Shown: positions 1-9,042 of the stretch, piece after piece | How positions within the stretch are numbered: position 1 is the first letter of the stretch | Layout: each line of letters opens with the position of its first letter | DNA from: Candidatus Marinacidobacterales bacterium | GTDB taxonomy: Bacteria > Acidobacteriota > Vicinamibacteria > Marinacidobacterales > DATDRI01 | Assembly (NCBI GenBank): GCA_965219415.1 | Contig: OZ244742.1 | Coordinates: 1,376,001-1,440,000, forward strand | Length of the DNA stretch: 64,000 bases | Reading direction: 5' to 3' | The notes under the pieces: generated by a model | The model's database searches: none | Seen by the model: only the letters and a program-made list of their open reading frames with translations | What the model was told of the DNA's origin: nothing | Made by a program: the position numbers and the translations under genes

Positions 1-619
1 ACGTGTCCCCTGAACTCGAAACGTTGCGTCCCGGCGCTTATTGCCGACGCGAAGCCGGAAACGTCGACGTCTTGCGCCAGCTCGGCGGTACCGCTCTGGT
101 TCCCCGCGTAGAAGAACGCCGCACCTTCAAACGGATCGTTAAACCGCTGCGTGCAACGAGTGCCGCTGACTTCCGTCCACCCAGGGATCTCGCCATCGAC
201 CAGAGGGTCTTCGGCACCGGGGTTCACGATGAGATTGGACAAAGGCGTCAGAACTTGGTCGGGCCCGGCGTCCACGAAGGGCGGTTGATTCACGGGATCC
301 AAGATGACTTGGACCTCATCGGTGGTGGTGAGCTCGGAATCGCTTGCTGCAAGCCTCAGCGTGTAGGTCCCGGTCACATCGAACGTCGCATCAGTATCTT
401 CCGACTGAGGGTTGCCGAAGGTGACCGTTCCCGGGCCGTCGACTTGGGTCCACTGGATGTCGAGGACGCTCCCCTGCGGCAAGCCGTCATCGGTGACGGT
501 GCCATCGAGGGAGACGGTGTCGGTGGGAAGCTCTATGACCCGATCGGGACCGGCGTCGACTTCAGGAGCTTGGTTCCGAATGAATGTCAGGTTGACTTCG
601 TCGAAGCTTTCGAGCTCCG
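1..619 (-). pseudogene. 3' continuation of the giant surface-protein gene (PKD/K319-like Ig repeats) beyond the IS256 insertion; runs off the window edge
   Basis: The minus frame reads ELESFDEVNLTFIRNQAPEVDAGPDRVIELPTDTVSLDGTVTDDGLPQGS..., the same VDAGPD/VTDDGLP repeat as at 2074-4586. Removing the IS and one TSD joins it in frame to ...LRLTASDSEL. Missed by the ORF track because there is no stop in the window. Confidence 0.85.
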
Positions 620-2053
620 GAGTCAAGCCCATTCTTAGTTGAAACTCTCCACGGCTCACGTTTAAGCGACCTTCTTCTTCGATACGGTTGATGTCTTCGC
701 CTCGATCTTCAGTTCCCGCTTGAGAGCTTCGCGAAGCTTGGGAAGATGGCGGTAGCCCACCACCTTCCTCAAGCGCGGTTCGATGTCTACGAGCGCCGTT
801 GCCAACCAGCGCTGGCGTTGGCTCGAGTTCTTCCAGTGGTCGACCTTCGCGCAGCGTTCCTCGACGAGAGCATTGACGGACTCAAGGCAGTTCGTCGTCT
901 TGAACGAACGGCCCAGCACCGCGTGCACGCCGAGTCGATGCAACGTCAGCGTCTCCTCGAGGCCTTCCTCCAGACTGCCAGCTGCGGATTGGTTCCGCTC
1001 TTCTAACTCACCGTGGAGTTGCTCGAGCGCAGTGAGGGCCTCTTCGTACTCCGGCCTGTTGTAGGCCCACTGGAGCCGCTTGCGCCATGACGCCTGCTCG
1101 CCCTTGGACAGGTAGCTCACTACGTTTTCACGTTTGTGCCACTGGCAGCGTTGTATCAGGGCCCGCTTACGGAATGCCTTCTTGACTGCCGCTTGGAGAC
1201 CCTTGCCGCCGTCGATGATCACCAGCAGACCCTGGGAGATATCGAGTCCCCGCTCGAGCAGTGAACGCAGGAACGGCGTCAACACCTGCGCGTTCTCCGT
1301 GTCCGTCTCCACGAAGCCCAAGAAGCGTTTTTCCCCGCAAAGCGTGATGCCCAGAGCCACGACCATCGTTGCCTCGGCGAATGTCTTCCCATCCAGAAAC
1401 AGCGCCACCACATCCTCGCCGGTCAGATCCCGTTCCTGCATCTCCCGCAGCTTCGCAGCGCTCGCTTGCACGAACCCTCGGGACACCGTTGAGCTCGACA
1501 GCCCGATGGCGCCCGGAATCGCTTCCGCTGCCGCCTCGTAGTTGCGACAAGAGATTCCGTAGAGAACTCGTTTCAGCAGAAGATCATTCACCTCACCGCC
1601 GTGGCTCACCGCCTCGTAGCAGCGAAGCGGAATCTCTCCTCCCTCGATGCTCCGAACCCGTGGCACACGGATCGGTACCCGCTGGCCGCCAAGCCCTACC
1701 GTGCCCGGGTTGCTTCCGGGACGGCGACCGCGCTCCAGCTCGTCCTTGCGAGAGTATCGCTCTCCCGCCAACGCCTTCACTTCGTCGTCGAGCAACTCGT
1801 GAACGTGCATTAGACCAAGGGGGACCAACCAACGGATCATCTCTACCTTGGCGTCCAGCACGAGTTCCCCGTAATCCTCGTGCCTCACCATCTCGACCTC
1901 ACCCAAACGACGCGACTTCTTGCGTTTCTTGACCGAACGTAGCAGACTTCCCATCTCGGCTCCTTCTTCGCGGCTTGATTTTGTTTTGTCCAACGCCATC
2001 AAACCACGGGGTTTGGAACCGTTTCAATTCCCAACTAAGATTGGCACACTTTC
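620..2053 (-). mobile_element. IS256-family insertion sequence, copy 1 (1434 bp)
   Basis: Ends defined by comparison with copy 2. Imperfect IRs GAGTCAAGCCCATTCTTAGTTG / GAAAGTGTGCCAATCTTAGTTG. 8-bp TSD GAGCTCCG at 612-619 and 2054-2061. Confidence 0.95.
662..1954 (-). CDS. IS256/Mutator-family DDE transposase
   Basis: Motifs FLDGK, IIDGGKGL, QRCQWHK, TTNCLESVN. The ORF track extends to 2002; the start shared with copy 2 is MGSLLRS. Confidence 0.93.
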   Translation of the reverse strand: MGSLLRSVKKRKKSRRLGEVEMVRHEDYGELVLDAKVEMIRWLVPLGLMHVHELLDDEVKALAGERYSRKDELERGRRPGSNPGTVGLGGQRVPIRVPRVRSIEGGEIPLRCYEAVSHGGEVNDLLLKRVLYGISCRNYEAAAEAIPGAIGLSSSTVSRGFVQASAAKLREMQERDLTGEDVVALFLDGKTFAEATMVVALGITLCGEKRFLGFVETDTENAQVLTPFLRSLLERGLDISQGLLVIIDGGKGLQAAVKKAFRKRALIQRCQWHKRENVVSYLSKGEQASWRKRLQWAYNRPEYEEALTALEQLHGELEERNQSAAGSLEEGLEETLTLHRLGVHAVLGRSFKTTNCLESVNALVEERCAKVDHWKNSSQRQRWLATALVDIEPRLRKVVGYRHLPKLREALKRELKIEAKTSTVSKKKVA

Positions 2054-5000
2054 GAGCTCCGAGTCGCTAGCGGTCAGGCGCAGAACGTACGTGCCCTCTT
2101 CTTGAATCCGGACGGTCGTGACGGCGGAGCTCGGGTTGTCGATGGTGACGGGGCTCCCGGGCCGTTCACGAGCGTCCATTCGAGGGTCAGTGCTCCTCCC
2201 AGAGGCAATCCGTCGTCCGTTACTACGCCGGTCAACGTGGCCGTTCCTTCGCCGGTCGATGGCAAGAAGATGGTTTGATCGGCGCCGGCGTCGACGCTTG
2301 GCTCTGCATTCGGGCGGAAGCGGAAGACGGGTGACCCGGCAGTGGCGCCGTGGTCGTCACGGCTCACGATGCGCCAGAAGTAGGTATCCGAAGCCGCGGG
2401 CGTCGTGGTCTGAAAAGTCGTTCCCGGCTGATCGGCGGAGACGAGCGGGAGACTTCCTACTGCGTTCGCCAAGACCCAGTGGTCGTCGATGAGCCCGCCT
2501 GGGATGAGAACGTCCGGGAGGAAAGCCCGGTTGTTCTTGCCCGAGACGATCACCATCCGGTTCTCGGGTGCCGAGTAAGCAGCGGTTCCGAGCAGGCGGC
2601 CGAGAGGCGGCCCGTTGTCGGGAGTGAGTTGGATCCATTCTTCGCTTCCGGTACTGCCATCGGCGTCGGTCAACATCCAGAGGTCGTTGGCCACGAAGTT
2701 CAAGTCCTCGTCGAAACCGGCGCTCGTGCCTCCGAAGATGACGAGACGTCTCGCCCCCTCGTCGTAGACGCCGGCGTGGCCCCAACGGGGCTCGGGCGGT
2801 GTTCCCGAAGGCGTGAGCTCGACCCACTCGGGGGTGCCGTCGAGACCGTTCGCGCCGGTAAGCACCCAGACGTCGTTGACGACTTCGTCGTTGGCCTGGC
2901 GCCCGCCGAAAAGGACGAAGCGGTTCGTGGTTCCATCGAAAGCACCAGCCGGGTTGCTCCGCGGCGACGGCGACGGGCCGTTCGGGAAGATCTGTTCCCA
3001 CTCCGGAGTCCCGACACCATTCGCGTCTTTCAGCACCCAAACGTCATTGAGAACGGCGTCGGAGCTTCCGATAGAGCCACCGAAAAGAATGAGACGGTTG
3101 CTCGCGGCGTCGTAGGCGGCGGCTCCTCTTCTCGCAACGGGAGCATCCGGAAGACGAACCCAGGCGGGGGCGCCGCCGAGTCCGTTGGCGTTCTCGAGCA
3201 CCCATGTATCGGAAAGCGCGACGCTGCAGTCTCCTGCGCATCCGCCGTGTGTAAGATGAGGCGATTCGTGGCGGCATCGTAGGCGCTCGCCGCTTGCTCT
3301 CTTCCGGCGGGGCCGCTGGCCGCGGTAAGTGCGAGCCATGTGGGAGGGCCGCCGGTTGCGGTTGCGTTTTGGAGGATCCAGATGTCTTCCGGATGCACGC
3401 CGGGTCCGGCTTCGCCACTAAAAAGGACGAGGCGATCGTTGGTCTCATCGAAACCCGCAGCGGCCCCGGCTCGTGGTCCCGGCCCGGCGTTGACCGCACA
3501 AAGCTCGACCCAGCTCTGGCCGGCCGTGTCGAAGGTGGTTCCAAAGAAGACGTCGTGCGTCACGGGGTCGCCGTCGGGATCGCTCGAGGTCCAAGACAGG
3601 ATCGGATCGAGCCCGATTCCGATCGCGCCGTTGGGAGGAGACCGGCCGGCAGGGGCGGCGGGAGGGTTGTTCGGTGCGTCGTCGTCTTCGACCGTCACCA
3701 CTCCCTCGGCGTCATTGACGAAGGCGCCGACCGGATTGCCGATGACGAGCATGAAGTTCTCGTCGTTCTCACCCGCAAGGTCGCCCACGACAGGTACCTG
3801 GACGGTCTGGGTCATTTCTCCCGGGTCGAACTCCAAGGTTCCGAACTGCGTCAGGTAGTCGCAACTAGAGCGTGCCGTGCCGTCGAACGTGCTGAAATCG
3901 ACCGACACCATCGACGTGCTGGCGCTCGAAAGGCTGACTTGGACGACCGCTTCGGCCATCCCGCCGTTGCCTTCCACGACCACGGCATCACTGACCGATA
4001 GCTCCACGGTGGCGGGAGGGAGCACCTGGACGTTAACGTCATCACTCGAGGTGAACTCACCGTCGCTAGCACTGAGCCGCAAGATGTAGTCGCCCGCCAC
4101 GCTGAAGCGAGCCGTGGTTTGAGACTGATCGGGGCTCCCGAAATCGACGGCCGCCGGTCCGTCCACCTGCGTCCACGAAATCGTCAGAACACTTCCGGGC
4201 GGTAGTCCGTCGTCTGTAACTGTTCCCGTCAGCGTCACGGTCTCGGTGGGGAACGTGATCGTTTGGTCGGGCCCGGCGTCCACCGAAGGCGGCTGGTTGA
4301 GCGGCGTAACGTCTACGGTGACCGTGGCGACATCTGTACCATCGTGACCATCGCGGATTGTGTAGGTAAACGTATCCACGTCGGCGAATCCGTCGTCCGG
4401 GGTGTACCGGACCGTGCCGTCGGGGTTGATGGTGACCATGCCGTTCGCGGGCAGGCTGACCTCCAAGACGGTGAGTGTGTCCCCATCGGGATCGGTGTCG
4501 TTCGCAAGGACGTTGATATCGACCGGCGTCTCCTGGATGGTGGTTACGGAGTCGTCCATGGCTTCCGGCGAACGGTTGAGCTCCACCTTGGCTTGGAAAA
4601 CGTCCTCCCGCCGATTGGTATCGTCCGGGACGAGTCTGGATGATTTCGATTGAAATGCGACGCAGCGGCCGTCGGCGCTGATCGAGGGGCGGCTGCTGTC
4701 GCCCCGATTCTTGTCGTCGTCACTGCTACTGCCATCACTGCTGCTATCGTCACTACTTTTGTCACCACGGCTGGAGCTATCGTCCTTACTGCTGTCGCCG
4801 CTGCTACTATCGTTGCTCTTTCCGTCACGACTCTTGTTGCCACTCTTGCTGTCATCACTACTGTTGTCGTCGCCTCCCGGACGGGCCGGACCATGCCCTT
4901 TCGCCGACGCTCAGCCGGATGGTCAGCTCACGGCTTCGATCGTGAACGAAGACGTCTTTGTCTTTGTTCGTATCGTCATCCACGAGGTTGGTGGCATCCG

Positions 5001-6101
5001 ACTCGAAGGCCACGAAGCGACCACTGGCGTTGATGGGGGGCGCCCCGCTATTGCGATTGCCTTCCGTGCCGTCGCTATGGACGCTGACTCGGGTCGTTTC
5101 TTCCGTCTCTCGATCGTGAACGAAGACGTCGTCTTATCTTGTTCGTGTCTCCCAGGACGAGGTTTCTCGAGTCGGAGACAAAGGCGACGAAGCGCCCGTC
5201 GAAACTGATGGACGGAGTTTCGCCGCCGCGGTCACCCTCGCTGCCGTCGTTGGCGACGCTTACCCGTGTCGTCTCGCCGGTTTCCCGGTCGTGGACGAAG
5301 ACATCCTGTTTGTCATTGGTGTCGAAAGGAACGAGGTTGGTCGCCTTCGATTGAAAAGCTACGAATCGACCGTCTCCACTGATGGCCGGCTCTCTGCTGG
5401 TTTTGTTCCCCACCATATTGTCGGTAGAGAGGCTGGCCAACGTGGTCTCACCGGTGTCTCGATCATGGACGAAAATCTGTTTCTTCGCGTTGGTTGAGCC
5501 AGGAACGGAGATTCGTGGCCCTCGATTCGAACGCCACGAAGCGGCCGTCGGCGCCGATGGAGGGGGCTACGCTGTCGTTGTTGGCTTCGGCGCCGTCACT
5601 CGCCACGCTCACGCGGAAGGTCTCGCCAGATAACTCGTCTCTGACGAAGATGTCGAGCTTGTGGTTGGTGTCGCCCGGCACCAAGTTGCGGGCCTGAGAA
5701 TCAAAAGCCACCCAGCGACCGTCACCGTTGCTAGATGCTGCTTGGCTGGCCCGATCGCCTTGCTCGTCGTCGCTCGAGAGGCTGAGCCGTACGATGGCGA
5801 TCGCGGGCGGGGCCACCTGTGTTGCGCTACTCGCGGCGACCGTCGACGCAGCAGCAGGCGTCGTAGCGACCGGCGGGAGCGGGCTGGCGCTTGGGGTCGA
5901 GGGAGCTGTCGTCACCGTTGGGATCGAAGAGGCTGGCGAATAGATCGGTTTGGTGCTTACTGAACGCACCGGTAACACCGAGCGGACCAGCTGAACCTGA
6001 GCGAACACCGTCGTCTCCAAAAAGAAGGTGACGAGGATGAAGAGACTGAGCAGCTTCCGGATTCGTTCGAGCTTCTTCGCCATCACTGGCACTTCCTCCA
6101 T
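2054..6101 (-). pseudogene. Giant secreted/surface protein: signal peptide, TolB/PD40-like propeller, Big_9/cadherin-like, PKD-like, Calx-beta, Kelch-like repeats; at least 6 frameshifts plus IS256 interruption
   Basis: Consecutive fragments in different frames (5463-6101, 5075-5440, 3030-4586, 2074-3339) with PSISxDGRFVAF repeats, NVLANDTDPDGD, VSDAVVVEGN...GTLEFDPGE and YDxxxNRLILFGG repeats. Signal peptide LLSLFILVTFFLETTVFA. Confidence 0.85.
4700..4880 (-). repeat. Ser/Asp-rich low-complexity coding insert (DSS-type)
   Basis: The frame continuous with SRPSISADGR reads GGDDNSSDDSKSGNKSRDGKSNDSSSGDSSKDDSSSRGDKSSDDSSSDGSSSDDDKNRGDSS. Confidence 0.8.
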
Positions 6102-6131
6102 CGAGGAATCGCAAACGGACTCTTAGGCGGA

Positions 6132-6214
6132 AGAACAGCGTGGGGTACTGTCCGCTAACGGAACAGGGAGGGGGTTCTGTCCCACAAAAAAAGGACCAGC
6201 CTGGGGTGCTGTCC
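6132..6214 (-). repeat. Three ~22-nt hairpin repeats GGACAG-N-ACCCC-N(2-3)-CTG(T/G)TC(C/T) in the 5' leader
   Basis: Minus-strand copies GGACAGCACCCCAGGCTGGTCC (6214-6193), GGACAGAACCCCCTCCCTGTTCC (6182-6160) and GGACAGTACCCCACGCTGTTCT (6153-6132). Confidence 0.75.
6186..6214 (-). terminator. Intrinsic terminator-like hairpin plus U7 within the 5' leader (attenuator candidate)
   Basis: GGACAGC-ACCCCAG-GCTGGTCC followed by TTTTTTT, about 85 nt upstream of the ATG at 6101. Confidence 0.6.
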
Positions 6215-6239
6215 TATCTCCCCCATCTCGGGGGCTCAC

Positions 6240-6267
6240 AGAATTACGGATGATGACTCGGTGTCAA
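6240..6267 (-). promoter_or_regulatory. Putative sigma70 promoter for the giant surface-protein gene
   Basis: Perfect TTGACA at 6267-6262; weak -10 (AATTCT/TAATTC) 15-16 nt downstream. Confidence 0.4.
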
Positions 6268-6567
6268 GTGTGGAAAGTTAGCAAGGTTCACGCCATCTTG
6301 AGCGACGTTTTCACCCCGCCATTTTTGCATTTTTTCCCGCGCGTGTGGGCAGAGCCCCATGCCGAAGCGCCCTTTTCCCTCACCCCGGAGTCGATTTCCC
6401 ACACCGACGCCACGGCCTAATGTCTATTGCTGTTCAGCATGAGGGAGCGAGCGTATATCCGAGAGCTTCGGCTGCCCTAGCCGATTAAGAGCCTGCCTAC
6501 GATGTCCGGCCGTTTCAGTTTTTATCCAACCCATTTGTTTTCAGTTAGTTAAAGTACATACTCAGCC

Positions 6568-6596
6568 TTGACTTTCACCTAATTTACTCCTATATT
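6568..6596 (+). promoter_or_regulatory. Sigma70 promoter of the HNH gene
   Basis: TTGACT-17 nt-TATATT in an AT-rich patch; SD AAAGGAG 8 nt before ATG 6647. Confidence 0.7.
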
Positions 6597-6646
6597 GAAA
6601 CTGAGGTTCTTGTAGTAAGCCATTCATTCTAAAAGGAGTAAGTGCC

Positions 6647-7780
6647 ATGTCCCTGCCTGCCGAAGCCGTTCTGGAAATGAAGAAAGGTCTTCCCCCGAGC
6701 GAGGTCGACCGACGCCTCGTCGCCGCCGCTCGCGTGCACCGCCGCGTGGAGTCCGTTTTGTGCTTCTATCTCCAGGAGGTCGAGAACCGACGGCTTTACC
6801 TCAAATATGGTTTCGCCTCGACCGTCGACTACGCCCGCGAAAGAATTGGCTTCGAGGATCGCAAGACCCGCTCCTTGGTGAAAATGGCCGAGAGGTTCGA
6901 AGAGCTGCCTCGATTGGAGAAAGCGTTTCGCCGCGGGGACATTCCTTGGACCAAAGCGAGGGAAGTCGTGAAAGTGGCGACACCCAAGACGGAGGCGAAG
7001 TGGCTCGACCGCTGCCAGAGCATGAGCAATCGCCAGCTCGAGCAGGAAGTCCAACGCAAGCAGCCGCCGACAACGAAGAAAACTCTCTTCTTTGTGCTCG
7101 AAGGCGATCGGGTCGAAGCGTGGGAGCAAGCGCGAGAAGCACTCGAGCGTTTGGCGGGGAAGACCTTGAGCGACATCGAAGCCTTCGACCTCCTGCGTGC
7201 GGAGGCCCTTTGCACGTATGCGACGACGCCTCCTTTTGGAGATGGCGAGGAAACCGATGGCGGCTACGTCCGAAAAGTCGCCGAACGGGATGGCTGGAAA
7301 TGCACGCGGCCCGGGTGCAGCAACCGAACCGCTTTAACCGCGAATCACATTCTTCCGCGGGCTCGTGGTGGCCCCGATGAGACCTGGAATCTACACACCG
7401 TCTGCGCGGTCTGTCACGCCGCGATCACCGAGGGGAGATTGAAGGTCAAGGGCCGGGCTCCCAACCGGCTGACTTGGGAGGGGCCGTTGGGAGTCATCGA
7501 AAAGCCCTTGCCCCTGCCCAGCCTGCCCAGCTTGAAGAGACGTTCTAAGAGAAAGCCATCGGGCTCCACGTCGCCACGGCGAGCCAGCGCGGGTATGATT
7601 TCCCGAGAGTCCGGAGCGCCCTATGGCGTGCGAGCCGTCCCCAGTTTTGGATCACGTGATCCAGAGTCCGGCAAGGCCCGATACGTTCGGTGGAAGTCCG
7701 ATTGGAAAGCACTCGACCCGAAAGGACCTCTCGGGAGTTTGGGGAGTGAAGGTTTAGCCCAGCTTCGGCGGCCTTCGTAA
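6647..7780 (+). CDS. DUF222-like domain plus C-terminal HNH endonuclease
   Basis: N-terminal GFASTVDYARERIG...LPRLEKAFRRGDIPWTKAREV; C-terminal RDGWKCTRPGC...NHILPRARGGPDETWNLHTVCAVCH. Confidence 0.85.
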   Translation: MSLPAEAVLEMKKGLPPSEVDRRLVAAARVHRRVESVLCFYLQEVENRRLYLKYGFASTVDYARERIGFEDRKTRSLVKMAERFEELPRLEKAFRRGDIPWTKAREVVKVATPKTEAKWLDRCQSMSNRQLEQEVQRKQPPTTKKTLFFVLEGDRVEAWEQAREALERLAGKTLSDIEAFDLLRAEALCTYATTPPFGDGEETDGGYVRKVAERDGWKCTRPGCSNRTALTANHILPRARGGPDETWNLHTVCAVCHAAITEGRLKVKGRAPNRLTWEGPLGVIEKPLPLPSLPSLKRRSKRKPSGSTSPRRASAGMISRESGAPYGVRAVPSFGSRDPESGKARYVRWKSDWKALDPKGPLGSLGSEGLAQLRRPS

Positions 7781-8167
7781 ACTGGCAAGGTTGCTCCCGC
7801 CGAGAATCTCGTCATTTCTTGCCTTGATAGCACCGGCCCCGGTGGCTCAGCTCGTCCGGAGCAGTAACTTGAACCACCAGGAGTATTCGTGTCGTGAGCG
7901 TTGGCTTTCTGAACTAGCATTTCGAGGCACGTCGGTTCGGGTCGAGATCGACTGGCGGCGTGGTGACCATTTTTGACTGCGAATCGATCACGTATGTCAA
8001 TATCTCGTCGCCGCCGTTGAACACAAACAGGTAGTTCATGAGTGGGGACGACTCGAAACCGCACAAAGGCTTAAAAGAGGCCGCAAACCGGCAATTGAAA
8101 GCCCGCCTTCGTCACGGTCTCTGATGTGAACTACGGCGGGCAATTTTTGCGGCAAAGCCGCGAAAAT

Positions 8168-8244
8168 TGGTGGACGGCACCGGGCTCGAACCGGCGACCT
8201 CGGCGTTGCGAACGCCGCGCTCTCCCAGACTGAGCTAGCCGCCC
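8168..8244 (-). tRNA. tRNA-Ala (anticodon CGC)
   Basis: GGGCGGCTAGCTCAGTCTGGGAGAGCGCGGCGTTCGCAACGCCGAGGTCGCCGGTTCGAGCCCGGTGCCGTCCACCA: cloverleaf, G3:U70 pair, encoded CCA. Confidence 0.97.
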
Positions 8245-8258
8245 AAGTATTGGGTGGG

Positions 8259-8287
8259 ATGCTACCACTTGTCGAAACGGCCGGCAA
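8259..8287 (-). promoter_or_regulatory. Promoter of tRNA-Ala
   Basis: TTGCCG-17 nt-TAGCAT with extended -10 TG, 15 nt upstream of the tRNA. Confidence 0.6.
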
Positions 8288-8329
8288 CACGGCAGTTGCC
8301 TGGCTTTCGTAGTACAATGAGCCTAACTC

Positions 8330-9007
8330 ATGTGGAGTGTGATGGTTGCCCTCGCTGTAGCGGGAGGCCCCTCTAGCCCGCCGCCCGCCGTGGATGCCGC
8401 TCTTATCCAGCGGATTCAGGCGCACTACGATCGAGTGCAAGACTTCGAGGCTCACTTCATCCAGCGCGTGGTGCACCGAATCGTTCACAAGGTCATTGAG
8501 GAAAGCGGCACGATGGCGTTCAAGCGACCGGGGCGGATGCGATGGGAGTACCAGAACCCGGAGAACAAGCTCTTCGTGACCGATGGCGAAAAGAGCTACT
8601 TTTACGTACCGGAAGACCACCAAGTCATCGTGAGCCACACCCCGGGGGGAGCGATGGGTCTTGCCGAGGGCTCTCCGTTCTCTGTCATCATGGGCGAGAC
8701 GCGTCTCCTAGATGCCTTCGAGGTCAAGAATTCCGACTCGGAGCCGCAAGCGGGAGGTGAGGTGTTGCTTCTCATCCCCCGCCACCCACAAGAGGGTTTC
8801 GAGGAAGCCGAAATCGAAGTCCGGCCCGAGAACGGGCAGGTCATTCGGGTGAGTCTCCTGGACAGGCAAGGCAATCGCACCGAGTTCCTCTTCGACGAGA
8901 TCCGAGAGAACCGCCGACTCGTAGACTCCATGTTTCGCTTTACCGTACCGTCCGGGGTGGATATCTTGATCGCTCCCGATACCTCCGCCCCGTCTCCGAT
9001 TAAGTGA
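8330..9007 (+). CDS. lolA: Outer-membrane lipoprotein carrier LolA
   Basis: FEAHFIQ...SGTMAFKRPGRMRWEYQNPENKLFVTDG...FRFTVPSGVDI. Confidence 0.9.
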   Translation: MWSVMVALAVAGGPSSPPPAVDAALIQRIQAHYDRVQDFEAHFIQRVVHRIVHKVIEESGTMAFKRPGRMRWEYQNPENKLFVTDGEKSYFYVPEDHQVIVSHTPGGAMGLAEGSPFSVIMGETRLLDAFEVKNSDSEPQAGGEVLLLIPRHPQEGFEEAEIEVRPENGQVIRVSLLDRQGNRTEFLFDEIRENRRLVDSMFRFTVPSGVDILIAPDTSAPSPIK

Positions 9008-9042
9008 GAGCCGAACAAACAGCCAACCAAAGAGAAAGACCA

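Noticed and set aside
3-642. Plus-strand ORFs 3-638 and 412-642
   Set aside because: Antisense shadows of the minus-strand PKD-like frame. The same applies to most long overlapping ORFs in this GC-rich window.
4544-5208. Thr/Ala/Val-rich or Leu/Ser-rich ORFs as separate proteins
   Set aside because: Alternative frames of the Asp/Ser insert.
6647-7780. IscB/Cas9-like or retron/defence system
   Set aside because: No RuvC motifs, PLMP motif, reverse transcriptase or partner genes, and no recognisable guide array.
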